Assembly: GCA_963730185.1 (NCBI GenBank) | Contig: CAVSQW010000007.1 | Location: forward strand, 512,001 to 576,000 | DNA from: an uncultured Gemmatimonadales bacterium | GTDB lineage: Bacteria; Gemmatimonadota; Gemmatimonadetes; Gemmatimonadales; GWC2-71-9 | Direction: 5' to 3' | DNA: 64,000 nt | Part shown: one piece after another, positions 20,882 to 30,947 of the stretch | Position numbering within the stretch: the first letter of the stretch is position 1 | Layout of the letters: every line of letters starts with the position of its first letter | Notes under the pieces: model-generated | What the model was told of the DNA's origin: nothing | Databases searched by the model: none | What the model saw: the letters and a program-made list of their open reading frames with translations, nothing else | Position numbers and translations under genes: made by a program

Positions 20882-21427
20882 ATGGCGAGCTCGCCCGACC
20901 GGATGACCCTCACGCTGGTTCCCGTGGGCTTGGAGCACGCGGAGCGGATCCAGGCCCTCGCGAGCCATCCCGAGATCGTGGCCACGACCCGGCTCCCCGA
21001 TCCCTACCCGGCCGACGGCGCGCTCGAGTTCCTCCGGTACGTCATGCCGAGACATGCCGAGGGCTCCGAGTACGCCTTCGCCGTGATCGACGAGCGCGTG
21101 GGGCTGGTCGGCACTTGCGGCCTCCACCACGTGGTCCGGGAACGGGGTGAGGCCGAGCTCGGCTTCTGGGTCGGGCGGCCCTACTGGGGACGGGGCTTCG
21201 CATCGGCCGCCGCCCGCCTCGGAGTGGCGCTGGCGTTCGGCGCGCTCGGGTTCGACCGGCTCGTGGCGCACGCGCTCAGTGACAACGTCGCGTCCCGTCG
21301 GGTCCTCGAGCGCGCCGGGTTCACGCTGGATCGTTACGATACCCACCGGTTGCCCAAGTGGCCGGTGGAGCGGGAGCTGGCGCTCTACCAGCTGACGCGG
21401 GCCGGCTGGCGGAAGGGACAGGGATGA
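20882..21427 (+). CDS. GNAT N-acetyltransferase (RimJ/RimL-like)
   Basis: AELGFWVGRPYWGRGFAS, NVASRRVLERAGF. Confidence 0.9.
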   Translation: MASSPDRMTLTLVPVGLEHAERIQALASHPEIVATTRLPDPYPADGALEFLRYVMPRHAEGSEYAFAVIDERVGLVGTCGLHHVVRERGEAELGFWVGRPYWGRGFASAAARLGVALAFGALGFDRLVAHALSDNVASRRVLERAGFTLDRYDTHRLPKWPVERELALYQLTRAGWRKGQG

Positions 21428-21909
21428 GCGTTACCGGGTTCGGCATCCGCACCGTCGTCGGTCCGGAAGACATCGACGACCTCGGTCACGCCAACAACGT
21501 GAGCTACCTCCGGTGGGTGCTGGCGGCGGCGACGGCCCACTGGACTCACCTTCGGGCCGAGGCGCCGCCCGAGGCCACCCACGGGCTGGCCTGGGTGGTG
21601 ATGCGGCACCAGGTGGAGTACGTGGCCCCGGCCTTTCCGGGCGACGAGCTCGAGGTCGTCACCTGGGTCCCCACCTGCACCACCATGACGTGCGAGCGGT
21701 TCGCCGAGATCTCGCGGGCCGGGACGGTGCTGGCCCGCTCGGCGTCGGTCTACTGCGCCATCGATGCCGCGAGTGGGCGGCCTCGGCGGATCACGGAGAC
21801 GATCCGGGCGGCAATCGGCGGGCCGCCCGTCGTGCCCCGGATCAAGCTGGAGTCCGCCGTCCCGCCTCGTCCCGACCGGATCGTCCGGAGCGCCGATGGC
21901 TCGCGGTGA
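21424..21909 (+). CDS. Hot-dog acyl-CoA thioesterase (4HBT-like)
   Basis: DIDDLGHANNVSYLRW. Confidence 0.9.
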   Translation: MSVTGFGIRTVVGPEDIDDLGHANNVSYLRWVLAAATAHWTHLRAEAPPEATHGLAWVVMRHQVEYVAPAFPGDELEVVTWVPTCTTMTCERFAEISRAGTVLARSASVYCAIDAASGRPRRITETIRAAIGGPPVVPRIKLESAVPPRPDRIVRSADGSR

Positions 21910-22363
21910 CCGGCTCGGCCGCCTTCCGTGGCTCCTGCCGGCCACCTACCTCGTTCACCTGGCCGAGGAGTACTACCTGGGCTTTCCGGCCTGGCTCGAC
22001 GACGTGGCCGGGGCGCGGCTCACTCCCGAGCGGTTCCTCGAGCTCAACACCTTCTTCTTCGGCGTGATGGTGCTGGCCGTGCTGGTGGCGACGGCAATCC
22101 GGCCGGCGCGGGTGATCCTGGTGCCGCTCGCGACGGTGGTCGTCGTGAACGCGTTGCTTCACCTCGGCGGGACGATCGTGACCGGCCGCTACTCGCCGGG
22201 CGCGCTCACCGGCCTCTTGCTCTGGCTTCCGCTGGGTCTGACCCTCCTGACCCGGCTCCGACGCGAGGTGCCGCGGTTGGTGCTGGGGCTGGGCATGCTG
22301 GTCGGGGTGGCCCTCCATGCCCTCGTGACGCTCGCGGCGCTGGGTGCCGGGAGGGGGTCGTGA
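21896..22363 (+). CDS. HXXEE-domain membrane protein
   Basis: HLAEE, NALLH, YSPG motifs; hydrophobic. Confidence 0.85.
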   Translation: MARGDRLGRLPWLLPATYLVHLAEEYYLGFPAWLDDVAGARLTPERFLELNTFFFGVMVLAVLVATAIRPARVILVPLATVVVVNALLHLGGTIVTGRYSPGALTGLLLWLPLGLTLLTRLRREVPRLVLGLGMLVGVALHALVTLAALGAGRGS

Positions 22364-22388
22364 TCGGTCGGTCGGCGCCGAGCCGCTG

Positions 22389-23513
22389 CTACTGTGCCGC
22401 CGCCAGGCCGGGGATGTAGATCTTGGCTACGCCCTCGATCAGGTCGTCGGGCCGGGCGCCCATCAGATTGGTGAGGACGATGACCGTCAGGTCGTCGTCG
22501 GGATAGACGTAGAACCCGGCCCGCTCGCCGCCCGAGCCGCCCACCGCTCGGTGCTTGACCCGATCGACGAGCGGCCAGCCGAGTCCGTAGCCCAGCGGCG
22601 TGCCCTCCAGGTGGAAGACCGTCCCGTCGGCCAGCTTGGTCGGCGTCCAGATCTCCTCCAGACTCGCCCGCGAGATCAGCTTCCCGTCGAGCAGCCCGAT
22701 CACCCAGGTCGCGAAGTCTTTGGCCGACAGGTTCAAGGCCGCGGCGGTGTAGAGAAACGGCTCGAACTCGTACCAGGTGTTCTCCACCTGGTCCAGGATC
22801 TTCACCTCACTGCCGGCCGTGTTGTACTTGGTGTACCCGCTGGCTCGGCCGGGCACGACCGTGCGGGCGTCGCCCCAGCGCGCCTTGGTGATGCCGAGCG
22901 GCGCGAGCTCCCGCTTCAGGCAGAACTCGGGCCAGGGAATCCCGCTCTTGGCCTCGATCAGCATGCCGAGCAGCATGTAGTTCGTCTGGTTGTAGCTCCA
23001 GGACGTCCCCCGAGCGAACATCATCGGCTTATCGGCCAGGAGGCGGAGCGCGTCGGGCACGGTGCGCGCCAGCATCGTGCCGGTCATCGGATTGTCGATG
23101 ATGTCGGGCAGGCCCGAGGTGTGGCTCAGGAGCTGGCGGATGGTCACGTCGTGCCACGCCGCGGGCAGGCCCTGGAGGTGCTCCCCGATCGGGTCGTCGA
23201 GCTGGAACTTGCCCTCCTCCGCGAGCATGAGCACGCCGACCGAGGTAAACGACTTGGTGGTGGAGTTGATCTGGAAGAGCTGGTCGTCCGTCACCGGAAC
23301 GCCAAGCTCGAGGTTGGCGGTTCCGTAGCTCGTCAGCTTGTCGATCTTGCCATGGCGGACGATGGCGACTTGCAGGCCGGGGATGTCCCGCTTGGTCATC
23401 TCCGCCTGGAGATAGCGATCCACGAGGTCGCCCGGAGTCTGGGCCGGGAGGACCGTGGGGAGGGTGAGCGAGAGGCCGAGGCCTAGGAGGGCCAACCGGG
23501 CGCGAGGTAGCAT
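22389..23513 (-). CDS. Secreted serine hydrolase, beta-lactamase class C family
   Basis: STTK (SxxK), LLSHTSG, YNQTNY. Confidence 0.9.
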   Translation of the reverse strand: MLPRARLALLGLGLSLTLPTVLPAQTPGDLVDRYLQAEMTKRDIPGLQVAIVRHGKIDKLTSYGTANLELGVPVTDDQLFQINSTTKSFTSVGVLMLAEEGKFQLDDPIGEHLQGLPAAWHDVTIRQLLSHTSGLPDIIDNPMTGTMLARTVPDALRLLADKPMMFARGTSWSYNQTNYMLLGMLIEAKSGIPWPEFCLKRELAPLGITKARWGDARTVVPGRASGYTKYNTAGSEVKILDQVENTWYEFEPFLYTAAALNLSAKDFATWVIGLLDGKLISRASLEEIWTPTKLADGTVFHLEGTPLGYGLGWPLVDRVKHRAVGGSGGERAGFYVYPDDDLTVIVLTNLMGARPDDLIEGVAKIYIPGLAAAQ

Positions 23514-23812
23514 GGCATCCTCCCGGAGTGTCGGGATCGGAAATTGATCGGTTGCATAGGTCGGACCGTGGGCAGCATACGGCGGGCGAAGCCCCTCGGT
23601 TTCAAAGCCTGGACGCCGTCGGCACGGGTCGGACCAACCCGGCCTCGCGGCCGGCGAAGCAGACCCGCTCGAGCCACCCGCCGCCCGCGCCAGGTGACCC
23701 TCGGGTGACTTTACCGAGACCGGGGCTCCGTAGGACGGATCGCCGGGGCGCCAAGGCCTCCGGCGACCGCGCCAGAAGGCGCAGCCACCGATCTTCAAGG
23801 AGAGCAGTCGTC

Positions 23813-24523
23813 ATGTCTTCCCCGTTCGCCCAGTCCCGATCCAGCCGATCCGCCCGCCTCGCGGCCGCCTCGGCGTTCCTGGCCGCGGCGGCGTTGGTCG
23901 CCGCGCCCCTCGCGGCCCAGACGGCCTTGGGCACCCCCTTCATCGGGGCCAACAACCTGAGCTTCACCTCGTCGCAGCTGACCCGGACCGGCGGTCCGGA
24001 GATCACGACCCTGTTCGGCGCCGCCTACGCTCGCCGGTTTGGCGCGGCGAGCCGCGCGGTCCACACCAGCCTCGCGGTCCGGGCGGTCGCCCGGCCGTTC
24101 GACGAGGTCAAGTCCGGCGTGCTCGATCTATCCGCGACCCTCGGCGTGTCCTACGACGTGCCCGGGACCTCGGGTCTCTCGGTGGCGGCGTCGACCGGGA
24201 TCGGGATGATGGCCTGGGGCGACGATGTGGCCAACACGGGGCGCTCGTATCTGACCATTCCGGCCAACGCCGGGGTGAGCTACGACCTCCATCTCAAGCG
24301 GGCGACGTTCTCGCCTTTCGTCATGGCGTCGCTGGCGCGGTACGACCACCGGACCTATCTGAACGACGTCCGGCAGACCGGTACGACGGGCTGGGACACC
24401 AACTACCGGCTGGGCGCCTCGGTTCGCCTGAGCGAAGTGGTGCTGACCACGGCCCGGATCATCGGCGAAGAGGGGATGCCGTCGCGGAGCCGGTGGGCGT
24501 TCTCCGCCGGCGTCTCGTTCTGA
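23813..24523 (+). CDS. Secreted probable outer-membrane beta-barrel protein
   Basis: RBS AAGGAG, signal peptide PLAA-Q, amphipathic strands, C-terminal Phe (AFSAGVSF). Confidence 0.65.
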   Translation: MSSPFAQSRSSRSARLAAASAFLAAAALVAAPLAAQTALGTPFIGANNLSFTSSQLTRTGGPEITTLFGAAYARRFGAASRAVHTSLAVRAVARPFDEVKSGVLDLSATLGVSYDVPGTSGLSVAASTGIGMMAWGDDVANTGRSYLTIPANAGVSYDLHLKRATFSPFVMASLARYDHRTYLNDVRQTGTTGWDTNYRLGASVRLSEVVLTTARIIGEEGMPSRSRWAFSAGVSF

Positions 24524-24747
24524 CGCCGCGGGCCGGTGCCCGCGGTGCCTCGCCTTCCCCTTCCGGCCCCTGATCGCGTCGTGCGGTCGGGGGCTGCCCA
24601 CCTCCCCGGCGCCGTTGCTTGCCGCCGCCACCGGCGGCGCCCTATTATCTGGCTCGCCTTGTGAGTCGTTCCTATCGAGGCCGTGCCGGACGCCCTTCGA
24701 TCCGGCACGGTGCAGGGGGAGCCCAGCCCCGTGTCAGCCTGCGTCAC

Positions 24748-26982
24748 GTGTTACGGATAACGGTCTTCGGCGGCCTTCGGGTCGAGCGTGGCGGCGAGCG
24801 GATCCTCGGCGCCGCGGCGCAGCCTCGCCGGATGGCGGTGCTGGCGATGGTGGCCCGGGCGGGTGGGCGGGGCGTCAGCCGGGACCGGCTCCAGGCCACC
24901 CTCTGGCCCGAGGCGGCGCCGGACCAGGGCCGCCACGCCCTCAAGCAGGCCATCTACGCCCTCCGCCGCGACGCCGGTGCCGCCGAGCTCTTCTCGGGGA
25001 CCCGCGAGCTGCACCTCAATCCGGACGAGGTCCGGTCCGACGTCGGCGAGTTCGAAGAGCAGCTCCGCCACGGCCGCGACGAGCGGGCGGCCGCCCTCTA
25101 CGCCGGGCCGTTTCTCGACGGGTTCCGGCTCTCGTCGGTGCCGGAGTTCGAGTACTGGATGGAGGAGGAGCGGTTGGTCCTCGAGCGGAGCTTCGCCGAC
25201 GCCCTCGAACGCCTCGGCCGGACCGCCCTCGAGCGGGGAGACGCGCCCGCGGGGGTTCGCTGGTACCGGCGCCTGGCCGGGCTCGATCCCGTCAATGCCT
25301 GGCACACCGTCGGGCTCATGCAAGCACTCCTGGCCGCCGGCGACCGGGCCGGCGCCCTCCAACAGGCCCGGATCTACGAGGGGGTGATCGCCCAGGAAGT
25401 CGATCTGCCCCCGGACGAGGCGGTGCTCGACCTGGCCAAGGCGATCCGCCAGGGGCGCGCCGTCGTCGGGCCCCCTCGGCCGGTCGTCGACCCGGCGCCC
25501 GCGGCCCCGGTGCCATCGACGGAGCCGGCCGGGCGCGACGACACCGGTGGGGGCTCCCCGACGGCTCCGCCCTCACCGCTGGCCGTGGCGGTGCTGCCCT
25601 TCACCTCGCTGGCCGCGCCCGACGACCGCGGGTACCTCTGCGACGGGCTCACCGAGGAGTTGATCTCCGCCCTCGGCCGCCGACCCGAGCTCCGGGTGCC
25701 GGGCCGGATTTCGGCCGTGCCCCTTCGGGACGGCGCCCCGGACCTGGCCGCCATCGGGGGCCGGTTCGGCGTCTCGGCGGTCGTGGAGGGGAGCGTCCGG
25801 AGCGCCGGGCCGGATGTCCGGGTTACAGCCAGGCTGCTCCGGGTCGCCGACGGGTTGATGCTCTGGACCGAGCGCTTCGACCGCCGGCTCGATCACGTGC
25901 TGGCCCTTCAGGACGAGGTGGCCGGCGCCGTGGCCGACGCGGTGGAGCGAGCCCTGCGCGATGCGGCCGGCCTTCCCTCGGCGCCGAGCGCCCGAGAACG
26001 GGCCAACGCGCTCTACCTCGAGGGGATCCGGGCCTGGACCCCGCAGGGCGGGGGACTCGGGCAGGGAATGGAGCACTTTCGCGAGGCGGTGGCCCTCGAT
26101 CCGGGGCACGCCCGCGCCCACGCGGCCCTGGCCGAGTCGTACACCCAGCTCGCGTTCTACGGGTTCCTCCCCGCCGGACGGGCCGCGACCCTGGCGGCGG
26201 CCGCTGCCGACCAGGCGCTCCGTCTCGCGCCCGACCTGGCCGAGTCCCATCTGGCCCGCGGGACCTGCCTCCTCTGGGTCGATCGCGACTTCGAAGCCGG
26301 CACCGAGGAGCTGGAGCGAGCCCTGGCCCTGGATCCCGCGCTGGTGCCGGCCCAGGCTCGGCTCGCGTTCGTTCGGCTCTGCCACGATGGGCCCGTGGAA
26401 GCCGAGCGGGGCATGGCCGAGCGGGCGGCGACGGCGGCCGGAGCCACGGGACTCTCCCGGGTGATGTTCGGCCAACAGCTCCTCGCGGCTCGCCGGTTCG
26501 ACGAGGCGATCGTCGCCCTGCACGCGGCGATCGACATCGAGGCGCCGTCGTTCCTGGCCTACCATTGGCTGACGGTGGCCTACGTGCAGCAGGGCCTCGG
26601 TGCCGAGGCAGTGGCGGCGGCGGTGGCGGAGGCCAGCCTCTCCGATCGCCATCCATGGGCACTGATGAGCCTGGTCGTCGCGTGCGCCACCGCGGGACAG
26701 ACCCGCCGGGCGGAGAGCTTGCTCGACGCGCTGACCGCGCGGGCGGCGGCCGGGCATGTCCAGGCCAGCGTGCTCGCCCAGGCCCACGCCGCCCTCGGCG
26801 ACATCGACACCGGAATGGCGTTCCTGGAACGGGCCGTGGAGGAGCACGACCCGTCGATGATGATGCTCCGCGCCTTTCCGATGTTCACGCCGTTCCACCA
26901 GCATCCGGGGTTCCGTTCTCTGCTGCATTTGGCGGGGTGGCGGGATTGGGACACGGCGGAGTTCCGGATTCCCACGCTCTGA
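24748..26982 (+). CDS. SARP-like regulator: wHTH-BTAD + TolB-like + TPR
   Basis: LRITVFGGL, SRDRLQATLWPE, LYAGPFLDGF, AVAVLPF..DGLTEELI, TPRs. Confidence 0.88.
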   Translation: MLRITVFGGLRVERGGERILGAAAQPRRMAVLAMVARAGGRGVSRDRLQATLWPEAAPDQGRHALKQAIYALRRDAGAAELFSGTRELHLNPDEVRSDVGEFEEQLRHGRDERAAALYAGPFLDGFRLSSVPEFEYWMEEERLVLERSFADALERLGRTALERGDAPAGVRWYRRLAGLDPVNAWHTVGLMQALLAAGDRAGALQQARIYEGVIAQEVDLPPDEAVLDLAKAIRQGRAVVGPPRPVVDPAPAAPVPSTEPAGRDDTGGGSPTAPPSPLAVAVLPFTSLAAPDDRGYLCDGLTEELISALGRRPELRVPGRISAVPLRDGAPDLAAIGGRFGVSAVVEGSVRSAGPDVRVTARLLRVADGLMLWTERFDRRLDHVLALQDEVAGAVADAVERALRDAAGLPSAPSARERANALYLEGIRAWTPQGGGLGQGMEHFREAVALDPGHARAHAALAESYTQLAFYGFLPAGRAATLAAAAADQALRLAPDLAESHLARGTCLLWVDRDFEAGTEELERALALDPALVPAQARLAFVRLCHDGPVEAERGMAERAATAAGATGLSRVMFGQQLLAARRFDEAIVALHAAIDIEAPSFLAYHWLTVAYVQQGLGAEAVAAAVAEASLSDRHPWALMSLVVACATAGQTRRAESLLDALTARAAAGHVQASVLAQAHAALGDIDTGMAFLERAVEEHDPSMMMLRAFPMFTPFHQHPGFRSLLHLAGWRDWDTAEFRIPTL

Positions 26983-26998
26983 GGGCGCTCGCTGGTTG

Positions 26999-27081
26999 GA
27001 TAGTGAGCGGTGAGTTGTGAATGGTGAGTAGGGAGGGAGTGGGGAGTAGGGAGTAGGAGCAGGAGTAGGGGGTAGGGGGCT
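26999..27081. repeat. Degenerate heptamer tandem repeat (GTGAGTN/GGGAGTA) at convergent junction
   Basis: GTGAGCG GTGAGTT GTGAATG GTGAGTA ... GGGAGTA GGGAGTA. Confidence 0.7.
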
Positions 27082-28030
27082 AGTAGAGCTCGCCTAGCAG
27101 ACATCGGGCGGAGCCGCCGCCCAGGGTCTCGAAGGCGCCGAGGTCGGTGTGCAGGATCCGGGCGTGCCCCTCGATCGTGGCCCGCTGCTCGGCGGTCAGG
27201 CCTTGATAGGCGGCCGTCGACATCACCATCAGCGGCTCACCCTCGTCATTGACCAGGCCCAGGCAGTTGCCGCAGTAGCAGAGGACCTGCTGGCGGGTGA
27301 TCGTCATTACCTCGAGGCCGCTCGTCCGGAGATTCTCGGCCACGCTCTCCCGCTCAGCCTGGTCGTCGATCGATTCGAGGCACACCCCGGCCAGCCCGTG
27401 GCCGATGAACATCATGACGTTGGTGTGGTAGTAGGGAACGCTGGCCGCGTCGGTCGCCGTGAAGGTCACCAGCCGGTAGCCGAGCCGGTCAGCCCACTCC
27501 CGGGCCAGGGCCCGATCGGTGCGCGGAGACAGCGCCGCGTAGGCGATGCCCGCATCCCGATCCAGGCAGAGGCTTCCGGTGCTTTCCAGGAACGTGCCCG
27601 CGTCCTCTCGGACGGTGAAGTCGACCACCCGCGCGTGGCCGGTGCTCAGCAGGCTTACCAGGTCCGGCCTCCGCTCGAGCCGTCGGCTCTTCGCCAGGAG
27701 CGGATAGAGCACCAGGATCCCGCCGGTCTCACCCTCCGCCGATCCAGCCGTCCGCTCGTCCGCCCGTCCGGCATGGGTCGAGAACCAGTTGTTGCAGAAA
27801 GGCGCGTCCGGGGTCGCCGCCGTGCTCCGGGCCACCGTGATCGTCACGCCGTTCTCGATCAGGAGGTCGCGAAGGGTCCGGTGCTGGACTTCGGCGGCCT
27901 GGGTGAGGGCCCGAGCCTCGTCGGCGTCGGGCGCCCGCATGAATGCGTTCGAGTCCGCGGTCTCGGGGTTGTACCGGAGATCGACCGGAGCGACCAGCAG
28001 AACGTGCGATGCGGCGGCCCGGTCGCTCAC
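27080..28030 (-). CDS. Amidinotransferase superfamily protein (CtlX citrulline hydrolase-like)
   Basis: YNPETADSNAF, PDAPFCNNWFSTH, FLESTGS, YHTNVMM, GGGSARC. Confidence 0.85.
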   Translation of the reverse strand: MSDRAAASHVLLVAPVDLRYNPETADSNAFMRAPDADEARALTQAAEVQHRTLRDLLIENGVTITVARSTAATPDAPFCNNWFSTHAGRADERTAGSAEGETGGILVLYPLLAKSRRLERRPDLVSLLSTGHARVVDFTVREDAGTFLESTGSLCLDRDAGIAYAALSPRTDRALAREWADRLGYRLVTFTATDAASVPYYHTNVMMFIGHGLAGVCLESIDDQAERESVAENLRTSGLEVMTITRQQVLCYCGNCLGLVNDEGEPLMVMSTAAYQGLTAEQRATIEGHARILHTDLGAFETLGGGSARCLLGELY

Positions 28031-29739
28031 GGCGCCGAGGCCTTCGAGCCGGAGCTCCGTTCGTCGTTCGCTCCCCGCGCGATCCCGCTCGCCGGATCGA
28101 ACATGATCGAATGGCCGTCGCCCTGGCGCGCGAAGGTCCTGATCGTGTGGCCCATGGCGCGGAGCGCCGCGGCGGTCGAGTCGGGCAGCCCGTCCGCCTC
28201 GAAGAAGGTCACCTCGGGCAGCCACTGGTTGTGGAAGCGAGGCGCGTCGACGGCCTGGCGGACGTCCATCCCGAAGGCGGTGGCGTTGAGGACGATCTCG
28301 AGCACCGTGTTGATGATGGTCCGGCCGCCGGGTGAGCCGGTCACCAGGAAGAGCGTGCCGTTCCGGGTCACGATGGTCGGGCTCATCGAGCTCAGCATCC
28401 GCTTGCCCGGTGCGATCGTATTGGGCGCTGTGCCGACGTCGCCCTGGAGATTGGTGAGGCCGGGCTTGCCGTTGAAGTCCCCCATCTCGTTGTTGAGGAA
28501 GAACCCGGCGCCGTCGACCACGATACCCGAGCCGTACCACTGCTCCAGCGTGTAGGTGTTGGCCACCGCATTGCCGTCGCCGTCCACCACCGAGAAGTGG
28601 GTGGTCTGGCTGCTCTCGTGCTCGTCGATCGGGAGTCGTCCCTTGGCGAGCGCCACGCTGGAGCTGGCCCTGGCGGTATCGATCGTGCTCGCCATCTCGC
28701 GGGCGTGGCCCGGCGACGTGAGCGTGGCGATCGGGACCGGCCCGAAATCCGTATCGCCGAGGTATTGGGCTCGATCGAGGAACGCCCGCCGCATGGCTTC
28801 GATGATCAGGTGAAGCGTCTCGGGTGCATAGCGGGGCCGGTGACCGATGTCGAACCGTTCCAGGATGTGGAGCGCCTCGAGGATCGCGACGCCGCCCGAG
28901 CTGGGTGGTGGCATCCCGATCACCTCGTACCCGAGGAAGGCGCCCCGCACCGGGGGACGCTCGACCGCCCGGTAGTCGGCCAGATCCCGCTTGGTGATCA
29001 GCCCGCCGTGCGCCGCCATGTCGTCGGCGATCCGGTCGGCGATCCATCCCTGGTAGAATGCATCGGGACCCTGATCGGCGATAGCTTGCAGGGTCTTGGC
29101 CAGGACCGGAAGCCGGAGGGTATCGCCCGCCGACCACTCGGCTCCACCCGGCTTGCCATAGGCCGCCCCGGTGGCCGGGTAGCGCTGGCGGTAACGGCTC
29201 ACCGTGCCGTTCAAGTCGGTCGCCATGTCGGGAGTGAGGGCGAAGCCCTCGCGAGCCAGCCGCACCGCGGGCTCGACCAGCCGTTTCCAGGGGAGCTTGC
29301 CGTACTTCTGGTGCGCCAAGGCCAGGCCTCGGACCGTGCCCGGGACGCCGACGGCCAGGTAGCTGTCGTGCTTGAGCTTCCGATCGATGGTGCCGTCGGC
29401 GCCGACGTACATCGTCGGCGTGGCCTTCTGCGGGGCGCGCTCCCGGTAGTCGATAGTGGTCGCCCGGCCGTCGGCCAGGCGAATGACCATGAATCCACCC
29501 CCACCGATGTTGCCGGCGCCCGGGTAGGTCACCGCCATGGCGAACGCGGTCGCGACCGCGGCGTCGACGGCGTTGCCGCCGGCAGCGAGGATGGCCGCTC
29601 CCGCGTCGGCGGCGGGAGCGGAGGCGGACACGACCATCCCGTGGCGCGATTCGACCACTTGGGCGGCCGCACCCGGGGCGAACGGAGCTAGGGCGGCCAG
29701 ACTGAGGACCGCACGCCCCGCGAAGTTCATCTTGGGCAT
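28027..29739 (-). CDS. ggt: Gamma-glutamyltransferase
   Basis: GGNAVDAAVA, GNIGGGGF, QTTHFSVVD, LNNEMGDF, RMLSSMSP, GSPGG. Confidence 0.96.
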   Translation of the reverse strand: MPKMNFAGRAVLSLAALAPFAPGAAAQVVESRHGMVVSASAPAADAGAAILAAGGNAVDAAVATAFAMAVTYPGAGNIGGGGFMVIRLADGRATTIDYRERAPQKATPTMYVGADGTIDRKLKHDSYLAVGVPGTVRGLALAHQKYGKLPWKRLVEPAVRLAREGFALTPDMATDLNGTVSRYRQRYPATGAAYGKPGGAEWSAGDTLRLPVLAKTLQAIADQGPDAFYQGWIADRIADDMAAHGGLITKRDLADYRAVERPPVRGAFLGYEVIGMPPPSSGGVAILEALHILERFDIGHRPRYAPETLHLIIEAMRRAFLDRAQYLGDTDFGPVPIATLTSPGHAREMASTIDTARASSSVALAKGRLPIDEHESSQTTHFSVVDGDGNAVANTYTLEQWYGSGIVVDGAGFFLNNEMGDFNGKPGLTNLQGDVGTAPNTIAPGKRMLSSMSPTIVTRNGTLFLVTGSPGGRTIINTVLEIVLNATAFGMDVRQAVDAPRFHNQWLPEVTFFEADGLPDSTAAALRAMGHTIRTFARQGDGHSIMFDPASGIARGANDERSSGSKASAP

Positions 29740-29764
29740 GCCGGAAGGTTAGAGGGTGGGAACG

Positions 29765-30040
29765 CTACGGTCCAGCCGGAGGCTCCCTGGGCGACAAGGG
29801 TGGGTCCCCGGTCGGCTCGTCGGCCGCCTCGTCCCGAACGGCCTCCCAGCGGACCCAGTGCTTGCAGTTCGATTCGCCCGGCTTGAGTCGGCCGCGCCAG
29901 TGGCCGGTCGGCGAGTTGCAGTGACCGATCGTCGCGTGGCGGGGGGTATAGACCCGCATGTCGTCGCGGTCCGGTGTGCGCTCGCCGGTCCAATGGTGGC
30001 AGGTGGCGCAGTAGATCGAGAATGCCTTGTAGTCGACCAT
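29765..30040 (-). CDS. Small 4-Cys protein (CxxCxxW...C...CxxW), putative metal/Fe-S binding
   Basis: CATCHHW..GHC..NCKHW; fills the intergenic space, co-oriented with ggt. Confidence 0.6.
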   Translation of the reverse strand: MVDYKAFSIYCATCHHWTGERTPDRDDMRVYTPRHATIGHCNSPTGHWRGRLKPGESNCKHWVRWEAVRDEAADEPTGDPPLSPREPPAGP

Positions 30041-30266
30041 TTGGTTGGCTCAGGGAGCTCAGGGGGCACCATGGTATGTCCGGAACGTCAACCGATCCTC
30101 AAATGCCGTTCAAATCGGCTTCCGCGCCCGAGATCCCTCCGCGGACGCGGCCCGACCCGTGGCGTTGCCGCAACGCGCGACCCGGCCCGGTAACGGCTCT
30201 CTGTCGGGGCTGGCGCAACCGGCCGGGCGAGCTAGCTTAAGAAATACCTCAAGCGAGAAAAATCCG

Positions 30267-30947
30267 ATGATGCTCAAGGAACGTCGAGGGCGACCCCGAC
30301 GCCCTTTGGGGCCCCCGACAGCCAGGGTCACCGCCCGGTTGCGTCGTCTCGTGGACGATGTCCATGACGGCAGCCTGTTGGAGGCATCCGCGCACGCCGG
30401 AATTCCGTATTCCACCCTTCGAGAGATCCACTCCGGTCGAAGCTCGTCGCCGGAGTGCGCCACGCTGCAACGAATTGCGCGGGCCTACGGCCTGCCCATG
30501 GACTGGTTCTCGGCCCCTGACGACGGCACCGTCCCGCCGGCCGGATGGGTCGGATTCCTCCCGGGTGAGAGCGACGCCGACACCAGACCCGCGCGACGGG
30601 TGACGGTTCCGTTCGCCGCCTGGCCCTTGATCCGTGTTCTGGTGCAGCTCGAACAGCGGCTCCGCGATCTGCCGCCTCACCCCGAGCGGCCGATTCTGGG
30701 CACGGCGACCGATCCCCGGGAGTGCCGCCGCCGCCTGACGGCGTTCATCTTCCAGCCGCTCCTTGCCGCCCGCCGGGTCGGCACCGTCGAGGGTGATGGC
30801 CGGTTGCCGTCCTTGCTGGGGTCGCTCGCGCTCCGCGGTCCGAGCCGCGAGCGCTGGATCGACATGCTCCGCGATTTGGGACACTTCTGGGAGCGGGCGC
30901 TGGGCAGTTTGCTGCCGGAGCCGGCCCGACCCGGGGCTCACCACTAG
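30267..30947 (+). CDS. XRE-like HTH protein
   Basis: ASAHAGIPYSTLREIHSGRSSSP..TLQRIARAYGLPMDWF. Confidence 0.7.
   Translation: MMLKERRGRPRRPLGPPTARVTARLRRLVDDVHDGSLLEASAHAGIPYSTLREIHSGRSSSPECATLQRIARAYGLPMDWFSAPDDGTVPPAGWVGFLPGESDADTRPARRVTVPFAAWPLIRVLVQLEQRLRDLPPHPERPILGTATDPRECRRRLTAFIFQPLLAARRVGTVEGDGRLPSLLGSLALRGPSRERWIDMLRDLGHFWERALGSLLPEPARPGAHH

Noticed and set aside
23560..23800. c-di-GMP-I-like riboswitch (GCCTCCGG)
   Set aside because: Conserved GGCAAAC/GAAA P2 elements not found; needs an Infernal/Rfam scan to exclude fully
27080..29137. 685-aa ORF as one protein; likewise the extended ORFs 48082-52740, 17998-20865 and 60052-61971
   Set aside because: The N-terminal extensions are off-frame or antisense read-through of neighbouring genes; real starts are downstream
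29765..30040. c-type cytochrome from the CATCH (CxxCH) motif
   Set aside because: No signal peptide, and two additional Cys fit a metal-cluster protein better
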